Shown piece after piece: positions 19,328 to 29,778 of a stretch of DNA of 64,000 bases. The stretch lies in NCBI GenBank assembly GCA_040220235.1, contig JAVJTO010000132.1; one strand, written 5' to 3'. Under the pieces are notes generated by a model that saw only the letters and a program-made list of their open reading frames with translations, was not told the DNA's origin and did not search any database. Position numbers and translations under genes: made by a program. Each line of letters begins with the position of its first letter. Position 1 is the stretch's first letter. This stretch comes from Coleofasciculus sp. B1-GNL1-01. GTDB taxonomy: Bacteria; Cyanobacteriota; Cyanobacteriia; Cyanobacteriales; Coleofasciculaceae.

Positions 19328-20311
19328 ATGTCAGAAATCACGGATAACTCTAGAAATAGTAATTTTTTTGTGATTCTAATTCCGGTGTTTAATGACTGGA
19401 ATTCTTTAGAGGTATTGCTTATCCATTTAGAGAAAGTTTTTGAAAATGAAACTATTAAAGCTGAAATAATAGCTGTAGATGATGCGTCTAATATAGCTAT
19501 TCATGAAAATTTTATCAGTTTTAAATTGACAGCAATAAAAAAAATTAGTATTTTAGAGTTAAGGAGAAATGTGGGACATCAGCGAGCAATTGCTATAGGA
19601 CTAGCATACATAGAAGAGAATATAGCCTGTAAAGCGATTATAATTATGGATGGGGATGGAGAAGATTCCCCACTAGATGTCATTCGGTTAATTAAAAAAT
19701 GTGAAACAGAACAATATAGAAAAGTAGTTTTTGCTAGACGAAGTAAACGTTCTGAGGGTTTTATATTTAAGTTGTTTTATGTGATTTATAAAAACTTGTA
19801 TAAATTTTTAACAGGTCAAGAAATTAGGGTAGGAAACTTTAGTATTATACCTCGCAAAATCTTGTGTAGACTTGTCGCTGTATCAGAGATATGGAATCAC
19901 TACGCTGCAGGCGTTTTAAAAGCAAAAGTTCCTTGCACAGATATTTATAGCCAACGAGGGAAGCGTCTTTCTGGAAAGTCTCAAATGAATTTTGTACAAC
20001 TTGTAATTCATGGACTCAGTGCTATTTCTGTGTACGCGGATATTGTAGGAATAAGATTATTGTTTATCTCTTGTTTGCTTATAGTCATGAGTTTAATTTT
20101 TATTTTGGTAGTTGTGGGCATTAAGTTGCTCACTGAGTTGGCAATTCCGGGTTGGACTTCTTATATTGTAGCCTTGTTGTTTATAGTATTCATGCAAGGG
20201 TTTATGCTATCTATGATTTTTGTTTTTGTCGTTTTAACAGGAAGGAATAATCTGGGTTGTATACCAAAAAGAGATTACCGATATTTTGTTTTGGAAGCTA
20301 AAGAATTATGA
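19328..20311 (+). CDS. GT2 polyprenol-phosphate glycosyltransferase (GtrB-like)
   Basis: IPVFND, VDD, NVGHQRAI, MDGDGED, C-terminal TMs. Confidence 0.88.
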   Translation: MSEITDNSRNSNFFVILIPVFNDWNSLEVLLIHLEKVFENETIKAEIIAVDDASNIAIHENFISFKLTAIKKISILELRRNVGHQRAIAIGLAYIEENIACKAIIIMDGDGEDSPLDVIRLIKKCETEQYRKVVFARRSKRSEGFIFKLFYVIYKNLYKFLTGQEIRVGNFSIIPRKILCRLVAVSEIWNHYAAGVLKAKVPCTDIYSQRGKRLSGKSQMNFVQLVIHGLSAISVYADIVGIRLLFISCLLIVMSLIFILVVVGIKLLTELAIPGWTSYIVALLFIVFMQGFMLSMIFVFVVLTGRNNLGCIPKRDYRYFVLEAKEL

Positions 20312-21015
20312 ATAATTTTCATTACGTAGGCTCAGAACTTAGATTATTTAGTGAAGCTCAGAATTGGAAGGCTTATTACGCCAGTATTATTAGACAGTAT
20401 TTAGGTAGTGAGGTATTGGAGGTAGGCGCTGGTATTGGCACTACGACTGAAAGGCTGTGTCAAAGAAATGAAAAACGTTGGATTTGCCTTGAACCTGATC
20501 CTGTTCTAGTCAAGATATTGGAGTCCTCACTTCAAAAAAACTCGCTGTTAAGTTGCTGTGAAATTAGAAATGGTATTATATCAGATTTAAGCGCAGATGA
20601 ACGATTTGATTCAATCCTCTATATTGATGTACTTGAGCATATAAAAGATGACATAAATGAGACTAGACTAGCAGTCAATCACCTGAATAAAGGAGGATTA
20701 TTAATAATCCTGGTTCCTGCTTATCAATGGCTTTATACTCCTTTTGATTCATCTATAGGTCATTATCGCCGTTACAATAAAAACACGTTATCGAAGACTA
20801 TTCCATCTTCTCTCAAGGTAGTATATTTAAATTATCTAGACTGTGCTGGCTTACTGGCTTCTATAAGCAATCGTTTAATTCTAAAGAGTAAAATGCCAAA
20901 TCGAAGGCAAATTTTAGTTTGGGATAGATATATGATTCCAATTTCACGTACACTAGATTCTCTCATTTTACATTCTTTTGGTAAATCAATATTGGGTATT
21001 TGGCGTAAACAATGA
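20308..21015 (+). CDS. Class I SAM methyltransferase
   Basis: LEVGAGIG, DVLEHI, GHYRRY. Confidence 0.88.
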   Translation: MNNFHYVGSELRLFSEAQNWKAYYASIIRQYLGSEVLEVGAGIGTTTERLCQRNEKRWICLEPDPVLVKILESSLQKNSLLSCCEIRNGIISDLSADERFDSILYIDVLEHIKDDINETRLAVNHLNKGGLLIILVPAYQWLYTPFDSSIGHYRRYNKNTLSKTIPSSLKVVYLNYLDCAGLLASISNRLILKSKMPNRRQILVWDRYMIPISRTLDSLILHSFGKSILGIWRKQ

Positions 21016-23324
21016 AGAAAAGTGCATACGTATTAAAAACATCAGCTTTTATTGCCATAACAACTATCATTGGCTTTCTTTTTTCAGTTTTAGTCATTAA
21101 AAATTTTTCTGACCCATTGGCAGGAGGTGGAGACTTAGATTATTGGGAATATACGGGTTTTTATCTAAGTGAAAATTTTAGTATATTCCCATTTCCTCAT
21201 TTAGACTTACTCAATAATCAATCATTCTATCCCTATGGAGTTGAGCAAGTTTTTCAACCTTGGTCACTTGAAAGAGATTTTATATATGCAATATGCTATA
21301 AACTTTTTGGCTTAGGTGCATGGCTACAGTTTTACTATCTCGCATCAGTTCTTTTGACAGCAATAGGATCATTTCTTCTTTTAGCAAAAGATTATGGTTT
21401 CGTTCGTGCTAGCTGGTTTGGAATTGTCGTTTCTTTTTGTAATTTTTATGCCATTCATAAATATCCAGTTCATCTCAGCTATTCTGTAATTCACTGGATG
21501 GTTCTTGGTTTTGTGACTGACTTTATCTTAGTCAAGAAAATTGTATATAAAGAAAATGTTTCCTTAAAATTCGTTTTACTAAAAATCTGTTTTTGTCTTT
21601 TAGCATTAGGTCAAGAATTAGGCTATATAACCGGATATACTTTAATGTCTCTAAGTATATGCATGGTGTTTGTTATCTTTATTTTAGGGCATAGACATTA
21701 CAATAATCCGTCAAGGCTCTTAAAAAAAATTTATTCTCAATTTATGACCTACAAACATGAGCTAATAGAATCTCCTCGTATTCATTTAGCGTTACTCGGA
21801 TTAATCTTTCTATTATCTTATATATACTTACCTTTAATTATTCAAATTTACAATCAAGCTAAAAGCTTTGATTTTACCGGAATCAATAATGGGGCTTGGT
21901 GGACTCATCCGGTGAGATTACTGATTCCTTATTTACCTTGGATAAACCCAGGACAACCTATTTTTACTCAAATCTTAAAGGATTCACCAACAGATTTAGG
22001 GTCTGGTAGTACCGGTTGGTTTTTGTTAATATTGGGCATTACAGGTTTATGGCAAGCTCGTAAACAACGGATAATATTTATTCCTTTAGTTATAATTTTT
22101 ATTTCCTGTATTTTATATCACCCAGTTAACTTCCCCATCTTAAAATTATTTCCTTGGTTTACATTTAACAGAGTGCAAGGTCGCTGTACTGTTCTTTATC
22201 CGGTCATTTTAGGTCTTTTAAGTTTGCATATTGACTTTTCTGGATTGAAAAAATGGACAAAAAGCTTGATTTCAATCCTGTTAATATGTCTATCTTGTAT
22301 GGAAATATATATAGCTTATTCATTTAAATTTAACTATCAACCTTACTCTTTTGACAAAAATTTCTTTAGTTATATGAACCGGGTTAAACAGCAACCTGGA
22401 GAAGCTGTACTTGATTGGCCATTTTGTGTAGTGGGAGGTAACGGTGTAGGAGCGGGAGAACTTTGCCCATATTATAAAAATGCCTCTGTTTTTTCCCTAA
22501 GAAGATTTCATCAAAAAAAGGTCATGGGTCAGTATTTTGGGCGGTTACATCCTGACCAAATTAAACCCTATCTTGACGCGGGTTGGAATAAATTATTCTT
22601 TCCGGATAGTCCCGACATTTTTAAAGCAACTCGTCAAACTCGCTGTTTCAGTTCAAATGAATGGTCTTTTTTTACAGAATTTTATGCAGCCAATGACTTT
22701 TCTGGAATTAATTTATATGTAGATTTGTTACCTGAAAACTGTGTGCAAGATTTTTATGAACGTTTTGGTCAACCAATAATAGAAACTCAGATACCTTCGG
22801 CTGGTACAGTTAAATTTATTCCCAAAGATATAGCTTTAAAAAATCAAGTCAACTTAGCATTAGGGTCTAAGCTTAAATTTGAACCTTTGTTAGACTTAGT
22901 TGAATTTAATTTACTTGAGAGTAGAAACCCATCTGGATTAACTATTACGGGGTTGAGCGAGATTGAGCAAGATCAAAAAAATAATAGATGGCGTTGGGGT
23001 CTTGGCCCAGAGACTCGACTAAGCTTTCAACTTTCTACTTCTCAAAAAATTGTATTGACTTTTAGTTTTCATAACCCCATTGATAATCAAGAAGTTTTGC
23101 TTGAAATTAATGGACAAGTGATTCGTAATTTTTTAGATATTTCAAAAGATACAGTCAAAAAAGAATTTATAGAGTTTTCTGGCAAAAAAGGAGTTAATAG
23201 TATTGTTTTTAAGTACAATGATTGGAACCATAATAATATTTCTTTTGCCCCAAAAGACCAACGCAACATGGCTATTTATTTTACAGAAATTAAATCATTT
23301 TCTAATGTGCAGTATAATAAATAA
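21012..23324 (+). CDS. Multi-TM membrane protein, probable GT-C glycosyltransferase
   Basis: Many TM helices, early acidic loop GGDLDYWE, FNRVQGR, C-terminal beta-rich WRWG domain; coupled to GtrB-like gene. Confidence 0.65.
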   Translation: MKKSAYVLKTSAFIAITTIIGFLFSVLVIKNFSDPLAGGGDLDYWEYTGFYLSENFSIFPFPHLDLLNNQSFYPYGVEQVFQPWSLERDFIYAICYKLFGLGAWLQFYYLASVLLTAIGSFLLLAKDYGFVRASWFGIVVSFCNFYAIHKYPVHLSYSVIHWMVLGFVTDFILVKKIVYKENVSLKFVLLKICFCLLALGQELGYITGYTLMSLSICMVFVIFILGHRHYNNPSRLLKKIYSQFMTYKHELIESPRIHLALLGLIFLLSYIYLPLIIQIYNQAKSFDFTGINNGAWWTHPVRLLIPYLPWINPGQPIFTQILKDSPTDLGSGSTGWFLLILGITGLWQARKQRIIFIPLVIIFISCILYHPVNFPILKLFPWFTFNRVQGRCTVLYPVILGLLSLHIDFSGLKKWTKSLISILLICLSCMEIYIAYSFKFNYQPYSFDKNFFSYMNRVKQQPGEAVLDWPFCVVGGNGVGAGELCPYYKNASVFSLRRFHQKKVMGQYFGRLHPDQIKPYLDAGWNKLFFPDSPDIFKATRQTRCFSSNEWSFFTEFYAANDFSGINLYVDLLPENCVQDFYERFGQPIIETQIPSAGTVKFIPKDIALKNQVNLALGSKLKFEPLLDLVEFNLLESRNPSGLTITGLSEIEQDQKNNRWRWGLGPETRLSFQLSTSQKIVLTFSFHNPIDNQEVLLEINGQVIRNFLDISKDTVKKEFIEFSGKKGVNSIVFKYNDWNHNNISFAPKDQRNMAIYFTEIKSFSNVQYNK

Positions 23325-23433
23325 TTTAGAGTCTGTTATTGTTTACAACTTTTTGTCTGATTTGTTTTATTTTATATCTAAAATTTTTATTCTCATGAAA
23401 TTTCAAAATTATAGACATACAGTTTTCCATATT

Positions 23434-23651
23434 TAGGGTCTGCTGAATAAATCTTATGGTGGGGATCGGGAATAGGGAATAGGGAATGGGCAATAGTTTC
23501 AAGCCTCTGTTAAGGTAAGATTTTGTCATCGCGGAGGCTTGCAATCCCAAGATTTTTAAACTAATGGTGTAAAAACCTTGCACTTGTTGGGTGTAAAAAT
23601 AGCTTGAAACCCTTATTTTGTATGCCTTCCACACTCATGCAGCAAGCCCTA
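23434..23651. mobile_element. MITE family B (218 bp)
   Basis: TIRs tagggtctgctgaat / atgcagcaagcccta; inverted homolog at 51676-51893. Confidence 0.85.
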
Positions 23652-23663
23652 TTTAATGTGATT

Positions 23664-23939
23664 TCAGTTAATAAATTCTTCAATCCGTCATTTAACCTTG
23701 TCTTCCCTCCTATTAGTCAACCTTTCCATCCTCTTTGCTCAACCCACTGGTATCGCGACTTATGCTGCCAATTTATTCCCCTACTTAAAACCCCTAAATC
23801 CCACCCTACTCATTTCCCCTCTCACGTCAAACCACTTTCCCCTCGCCTCTGACTTTTACAGCTACCCTGTTCCCGCCAACCTCAGCCCCGCCCACGGAAC
23901 AAAAGGACATTTCCGTCGCCTTTTATGGACTCAATTTCA
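23664..23939 (+). repeat. Direct repeat copy 2 (partner 16803-17078)
   Basis: Colinear near-identity with copy 1. Confidence 0.95.
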
Positions 23940-24861
23940 ACTTCCCCGCCTATACCACAGATCAAAATCTCAGTTACTTTTTTCTCCCATTCCCGAAGCG
24001 CCCCTCTATACCAATTGTCGCTACGTGGTAATGGTTCATGACCTAATACCACTGCGCTTTCCCAAACGCAACTCTCCCCTCACCCCCTACTTCCGTTACT
24101 ATATCCCCCAAATCCTCACCCAAGCCCAACATATCCTCTGTAACTCCACCGCCACCGCCACAGACATTACCAACTTTTACCCCATCCCCGCCACCAAAAT
24201 CACACCCATTCCCCTAGCTTACGACGCCAACCACTTTCGCCCCCTCTGCGCCCCTCTGCGCCAACCTCTGCGCCCCTCTGCATTTCCCAAACATCCCGAT
24301 GAAGCAACTTCAACTTCAGCTAACGATAACCCCTATTTCCTCTACATCGGACGCCATGACCCTTATAAAAACCTATACCGATTGATCAACGCCTTTGCCA
24401 CTCTACCCAATAGGGGTGATTATGAACTGTGGATTGCGGGGTCTAGTGATAAACGGTACACCCCTAAACTTCAATCCCAAGCCAACCACCTCGGCTTAAG
24501 CCATCACGTCAAATTTCTAGATTATGTTCCCTACAACCAACTCCCCATACTTCTAAATAACGCGATCGCACTCATCTTTCCCAGTCTCTGGGAAGGCTTT
24601 GGACTCCCAGTTCTAGAAGCCATGGCGTGTGGGACTCCGGTAATCACCTCCAACCTCTCCGCCCTCCCAGAAGTATCTGGTGATGCAGCTATCCTAGTGA
24701 ACCCTTACAACACCTCAGAACTCGCTGCCGCGATGCATTCTATCGCTACCGACACCCAACTGCGATCGCGCCTTAGCACCCTCGGACTTCAACGCGCCCA
24801 TCAATTTAGCTGGGCAAAAACTGGACAGCAAACGGTTGAAGTCCTGCAAAACTATCTTTAA
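23698..24861 (+). CDS. GT4 glycosyltransferase
   Basis: TTG start; [27 protein letters not shown]. Confidence 0.92.
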   Translation: MSSLLLVNLSILFAQPTGIATYAANLFPYLKPLNPTLLISPLTSNHFPLASDFYSYPVPANLSPAHGTKGHFRRLLWTQFQLPRLYHRSKSQLLFSPIPEAPLYTNCRYVVMVHDLIPLRFPKRNSPLTPYFRYYIPQILTQAQHILCNSTATATDITNFYPIPATKITPIPLAYDANHFRPLCAPLRQPLRPSAFPKHPDEATSTSANDNPYFLYIGRHDPYKNLYRLINAFATLPNRGDYELWIAGSSDKRYTPKLQSQANHLGLSHHVKFLDYVPYNQLPILLNNAIALIFPSLWEGFGLPVLEAMACGTPVITSNLSALPEVSGDAAILVNPYNTSELAAAMHSIATDTQLRSRLSTLGLQRAHQFSWAKTGQQTVEVLQNYL

Positions 24862-24884
24862 AAAAAAAGAGGGATTTACCCTCT
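24860..24884 (-). terminator. Intrinsic terminator after rps1
   Basis: AGAGGG/CCCTCT stem followed by a T run on the minus strand. Confidence 0.65.
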
Positions 24885-24934
24885 GTTCAAACCCAAAAAA
24901 TTCTTGGATATATAAACCTGTCCTGACACCGGAA

Positions 24935-25906
24935 TTACTCTTCTGTCGCTGACACAAACTCTTCTTCTTCAATCCCCTCTTCTTGAGATTCAGGATTAAC
25001 GCCTTCCTGTTGTGCCAGCATTTTCTCCCGATACTTCTGAGCCATTTCTTCTGCCTGATCGTAGACTCGATCCCGATTGTTGATCATATCTCCCGGTTCA
25101 GGTTCCAACTGCTTCGTTGACAGCGAAATCCGACCGCGTTCGGCATCCAAGTCAATGATCATCACTTTCAATTCATCATTGACATTAAACACACTATGAG
25201 GCGTGTCAATATGATCATGAGAAATTTCCGAAATGTGTAGCAATCCGCTCACACCACCAATATCAATGAACGCACCGTAAGGCTTAATACCCCGTACCGA
25301 ACCAACGACCACTTCACCGACTTCTAAGCGGTTCATCTTGCGCTCAACCAAAGCGCGACGGTGAGAGAGAACCAGGCGGTTTCGGTCTTCGTCTACCTCT
25401 AAGAATTTCAGTGGCAGTTCTTCGCCGACTAAATCTTCTTTCGGTTTGCGAGTGCTAATGTGGGAACCGGGAATAAAACCCCGTAGCCCTTCAATGCGAA
25501 CTAGCGCCCCACCTCGGTTTGTGGCAAAAACCAAAGAACGAACGGTCGCGTCTTCAGTTTGAAGCTGGCGCACCCGCTCCCAAGCCCGCATATACTCAAT
25601 GCGGCGAATGGAAAGGGTAAGTTGTCCATCTTCATTCTCGTCAGTCAAAATGAAAAATTCTCGCGTTTCATTTGACTGCAATACTTCTTCGGGAGCGTCA
25701 ACCCGATTAATTGACATCTCCTGTATGGGAATATAAGCGGCGGTTTTAGCACCAATGTCAATCAGAGCGCCTCTTGGCTCCAGACTGAATACTGTACCTG
25801 CGACAATATCACCAGGGCTAAAGTGATAATCATATTTGTCCAGGAGGGCGGCAAAATCGTCGTGAGTGAAGCCAATATCTATTGTATTTGTGTTCTGACT
25901 GAGCAT
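24935..25906 (-). CDS. rpsA: 30S ribosomal protein S1
   Basis: Three S1 domains, typical cyanobacterial Rps1 (GFTHDDFAALLDKYDYHF); ATG at 25906 preferred. Confidence 0.96.
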   Translation of the reverse strand: MLSQNTNTIDIGFTHDDFAALLDKYDYHFSPGDIVAGTVFSLEPRGALIDIGAKTAAYIPIQEMSINRVDAPEEVLQSNETREFFILTDENEDGQLTLSIRRIEYMRAWERVRQLQTEDATVRSLVFATNRGGALVRIEGLRGFIPGSHISTRKPKEDLVGEELPLKFLEVDEDRNRLVLSHRRALVERKMNRLEVGEVVVGSVRGIKPYGAFIDIGGVSGLLHISEISHDHIDTPHSVFNVNDELKVMIIDLDAERGRISLSTKQLEPEPGDMINNRDRVYDQAEEMAQKYREKMLAQQEGVNPESQEEGIEEEEFVSATEE

Positions 25907-26165
25907 GTGCGTTGTGTTTCCTTGTTTAATCTCCGTAATGACTATGCCTCCTGTCGATGTACTCGCACGTCGGTATTGTGCCACCTACACCTACATTGCT
26001 TTGTCTCAACCTTATTTTAAAATATTTAATAAAGTCCAGACAGGTAATTATAACTCAATCTGGATCGCCCTGTTGAGATCGAGAAGTATACAAAATTTCA
26101 TAAAAATCGGCTATACTGAATCATGGTAATGATAAAACCGTTACCTGATCAGGGTTTAGCCCCTT

Positions 26166-26738
26166 TTATCGTAAAACCTGTTGTTCCTCTGACGCAGGAG
26201 TGACTAAGTTAGCTGATGTCTCTGAATCATCCGACTCACTTGGAATAGCGGGTGGTACAGGCGATATTTCTGGGTTATCTAGTTCAGTATTATTTCTGAG
26301 ATGCTCTAGGGTTTCGATAAAATCGCGAATGCCCTGAAACTTTCGATAAACTGAGGCAAACCGGACATACGCTACTTCACTCTCGTGTCGCAGGTAGCGC
26401 AAGACTAACTCACCCACTTCATCACTGGTGACATCCCGCCCATAGTGCTGCTGAACTTCAGCTTCAATCTCATCGACTATCGCTTCTAGGCGTCGTTGGG
26501 AAACTCCTGTTTTCTCACAAGCCCGCACCATTCCCCGTAATAACTTAGAACGGTCGAAGGATTCTCGCTTACCATCCCGCTTCAGGACAGTAATCGGCAC
26601 AAATTCAATCCGCTCATAAGTCGTGAAGCGATGTTTACAAAGCAAACACTCCCGACGACGCCGAACACTTTGTCCTGCTTCTGTTGAACGAGACTCCAAA
26701 ACGCGGCTGTCGGTGTGCTGACAATAGGGGCATCGCAT
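26166..26738 (-). CDS. nrdR: Transcriptional repressor NrdR
   Basis: MRCPYC, RRRREC, ATP cone, [10 protein letters not shown]. Confidence 0.97.
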   Translation of the reverse strand: MRCPYCQHTDSRVLESRSTEAGQSVRRRRECLLCKHRFTTYERIEFVPITVLKRDGKRESFDRSKLLRGMVRACEKTGVSQRRLEAIVDEIEAEVQQHYGRDVTSDEVGELVLRYLRHESEVAYVRFASVYRKFQGIRDFIETLEHLRNNTELDNPEISPVPPAIPSESDDSETSANLVTPASEEQQVLR

Positions 26739-26949
26739 AATAGCAAGTCTTTTCCGACTGGTTAAATACAGAAAATTGAGCCGATACGAGTCTATCTAAT
26801 GTCCTCCTGCTCGAATCCCTGTCAGCAAAAGTAATCAGATAGACGTTGACGGCTCAGGGTATCCTAGAGAGCTGATCAAATTCACGATCAATCATAATCA
26901 TCAGGGAGACGATGGCGCTCTCCAGGATAGAAGACAGCGCCACAGGGAT

Positions 26950-27045
26950 CTACTTTTCAATCCGAGGCGGTTCCCGGAACGCGATCGCAAAAAACAGAAC
27001 GCCTAGAGCGCCAATCAAAACAAAGATATAAATGAGGCTTTCCAT
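26950..27045 (-). CDS. psbT: Photosystem II protein T (missing from ORF track)
   Basis: Translates [31 protein letters not shown], downstream of psbB. Confidence 0.96.
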   Translation of the reverse strand: MESLIYIFVLIGALGVLFFAIAFREPPRIEK

Positions 27046-27114
27046 TTCACAACTTACCCAATTATCTGCTGTACTACCAGTTTACCTTGCTCAGTCAACC
27101 ACAATAGCGAAAGA

Positions 27115-27144
27115 GGCAAAAGAAAAATTAATTTTTCTTTTGCC
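27115..27144. terminator. Perfect 30-bp palindrome after psbB (terminator or stabilising stem)
   Basis: ggcaaaagaaaaattaatttttcttttgcc is its own reverse complement. Confidence 0.6.
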
Positions 27145-27157
27145 CTCCATGATTAGG

Positions 27158-27185
27158 GTAGAGACGCGCCATGGCGCGTCTCTAC
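27158..27185. repeat. GTAG-type REP palindrome
   Basis: gtagagacgcgccatggcgcgtctctac; related copies at 34234 and 39987. Confidence 0.9.
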
Positions 27186-27204
27186 GAGTAGGGGTCTGCA
27201 ATGT

Positions 27205-28734
27205 TTAGACCGCTTCTTTTTTCCGAGTGGTCTTATCACCCACTTTCTGGAACAGACCGAATTCGACTTGTTCGTCTAGGTCAGGATCAACCCCAGCAAA
27301 TACATCTCGGAACAGAGTCCGGGAACCATGCCAGATATGACCAAAGAAGAACAACAGAGCAAATACCGCATGACCGAAGGTGAACCAACCCCGTGGGCTT
27401 GTACGGAATACCCCGTCGGAGTTTAAGGTTTCACGATCAAATTCAAACGGTTCACCCAATTGAGCTTTACGGGCATACTGCTTAACAGTAGCGGGATCTT
27501 CAATGGTTTGACCATCCAAAAGACCGCCGTAGAATGTCGCGGTAACACCAGTTTGCTCAAAGCTATATTTTGATTCAGCCCGTCGGAAGGGGATGTCCGC
27601 CCGCACAACACCATTGGCATCAGTTAAGACAACGGGGAAGGTTTCAAAGAAGTTGGGCATACGGCGCACTGTCAATTCCCGACCTTCGCCATCAGTAAAT
27701 ACTGGATGACCTAACCAAGCTTCGGCAATACCATCACCCTTATCCATCGGACCAGTGCGGAACAAACCGCCCTTAGCCGGAGAGTTGCCAATATAGTCGT
27801 AGAACGCCAGCTTCTCCGGAATCTGATTCCACGCCTCTGAGGGGCTGGCTCCGTCTGCCATCGCCATTTCCACACGGCGATCAATTTCTTCCTGGAAATA
27901 GCCTTGATCCCATTGGTATCGGGTTGGACCAAACAGTTCAATCGGCGTAGCCGCAGAACCGTACCACATTGTACCCGCCACCACGAACGCCGCAAAGAAT
28001 ACAGCGGCAATACTGCTAGAGAGTACTGTTTCGATATTCCCCATCCGCAACGCTTTAAACAGTCGCTCTGGGGGTCGAACCGTTAAGTGAAATAACCCAG
28101 CAATAATTCCGACAATACCCGCAGCGATATGATGAGCAACGATACCGCCTGGGTTAAAGGGGTTAAATCCTTCTGGACCCCAGGCTGGGGCTACAGGTTG
28201 AACGCTACCCGTTAGACCATAGGGATCAGACACCCACATTCCTGGACCAAACAGTCCAGTCTGGTGAAACGCACCAAAGCCAAAGCAGAGAAGACCAGAC
28301 AAGAACAGGTGAATGCCAAACATTTTTGGCAAATCCAGCGCCGGTTCACCCGTGCGAGGATCTCTAAACAGTTCTAAGTCCCAGTAAACCCAATGCCAGC
28401 AGGCGGCTAAGAACAACAGACCTGCCAGAACAATGTGAGCAGCGGCGACGCCTTCAAATGACCAAAAGCCGACATCTGTCGCTGTTTCGCCACTAATACT
28501 CCAACCCCGCCAGGATTCAGTGACCCCTAAACGCGCCATGAACGGCATCACGAACATTCCTTGACGCCACATGGGATTGAGGACTGGATCACTCGGATCA
28601 AATGTGGCTAGTTCGTATAGAGCCATCGAACCAGCCCAGCCTGCCACAAGGGCAGTGTGCATCAAATGCACGGCAATCAGACGCCCTGGATCATTCAGGA
28701 CGACTGTATGTACTCGATACCACGGTAGTCCCAT
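27205..28734 (-). CDS. psbB: Photosystem II CP47
   Basis: [26 protein letters not shown], 509 aa. Confidence 0.99.
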   Translation of the reverse strand: MGLPWYRVHTVVLNDPGRLIAVHLMHTALVAGWAGSMALYELATFDPSDPVLNPMWRQGMFVMPFMARLGVTESWRGWSISGETATDVGFWSFEGVAAAHIVLAGLLFLAACWHWVYWDLELFRDPRTGEPALDLPKMFGIHLFLSGLLCFGFGAFHQTGLFGPGMWVSDPYGLTGSVQPVAPAWGPEGFNPFNPGGIVAHHIAAGIVGIIAGLFHLTVRPPERLFKALRMGNIETVLSSSIAAVFFAAFVVAGTMWYGSAATPIELFGPTRYQWDQGYFQEEIDRRVEMAMADGASPSEAWNQIPEKLAFYDYIGNSPAKGGLFRTGPMDKGDGIAEAWLGHPVFTDGEGRELTVRRMPNFFETFPVVLTDANGVVRADIPFRRAESKYSFEQTGVTATFYGGLLDGQTIEDPATVKQYARKAQLGEPFEFDRETLNSDGVFRTSPRGWFTFGHAVFALLFFFGHIWHGSRTLFRDVFAGVDPDLDEQVEFGLFQKVGDKTTRKKEAV

Positions 28735-28985
28735 CGACTACGCTCCTCCTAGAGATAGAGTTTCTACTTTGACGCTTCTTTTGCTAAAGATGTTAGAAAT
28801 TGATCTTACCCGCCTAAAAGCGTGAACTGATGACCTTTTCCGGTTATCCTTCATGTTCTAAACAGCTAGGCGGGTTAGTCTTGACTTTAAAGAAGTGTAA
28901 CTTTTGTTAGAAACGATTGCAAGCAGGGGGAAAGTTTTGAGTGTTGACCCTTCACGACCTTCGAGGGCATGGCGCGTGATGTTAA

Positions 28986-29039
28986 CTCCCCCATCTCCCT
29001 CATCTCCCCCATCTCCCTCATCTCCTTCATCTCCCCCAT
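28986..29039. repeat. 9-nt tandem repeat (ctccc(c/t)cat)
   Basis: About six units. Confidence 0.85.
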
Positions 29040-29064
29040 TCCGAGAGCTACGCGATCGTTTAAA

Positions 29065-29400
29065 TTACCCATCGCTAGTTTCTGAGGAGAGATTCAAAAC
29101 ACTCGGCGCTGTGGTCAATCGCTCAACCACTTGTTCTGCACTCATTAAGCGTTTGAGGACAACTTGACCAATAGTTTTTGCGGATTGGGGTGAAGCATCC
29201 GGTGTCGGTTTAACTTCTACCATCAACACCGCATCCTCAACCCGATATAGCCATAACTTTTCCCCCTGTTCCAAGATGCAAAGGTTGAGGCGGATGATTT
29301 CGGGTTCCCGTCGCCAAGCATTGATATTCCAAAGTCCTCCAAACTCCCACACTCGTCCCACAGTCCAGCCATCGGATAGAAAAAAGTACTTTACAGACAT
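29065..29400 (-). CDS. Conserved hypothetical cyanobacterial protein
   Basis: Clean 111 aa ATG ORF with globular composition; function not recognised. Confidence 0.75.
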   Translation of the reverse strand: MSVKYFFLSDGWTVGRVWEFGGLWNINAWRREPEIIRLNLCILEQGEKLWLYRVEDAVLMVEVKPTPDASPQSAKTIGQVVLKRLMSAEQVVERLTTAPSVLNLSSETSDG

Positions 29401-29587
29401 TTGTATTACATTACACTGTAGAATTTGTGTTCTAGTGCATCATGGCAAAAGTTGTTTTTTTGTTTCAGTCTGTATTGATGATAAGGGAGATGGGGCAGAT
29501 CAGGCAGGTTAGTTCGATCAGGGGAAATGGGGGAGATAGGCACAGATGGGGGAGATCAGGACGGGTTTGACCAAATTAATAGCCAAT

Positions 29588-29727
29588 CGGGAGTTAGACA
29601 CAATTAAAGTTAAGCGTGAGGACAAGGGAACAGGTAAAGGAGAACAGGTAACCGGAACAAGAGACTTGTGAAGTTTTACAATTCTTAACTCAGGTAACAA
29701 AATTTAAAATTTGTGTCCAGGTACTTG
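29588..29727. mobile_element. MITE family A, degenerate copy
   Basis: End tgtccaggtactt is the reverse complement of the 1706 end; shared attaaagttaa and ttttaca blocks. Confidence 0.6.
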
Positions 29728-29778
29728 GCTTTCCCATTTTCAAGCATGATTAAATCAGAATAGCTTGGAGGTTGGGCA

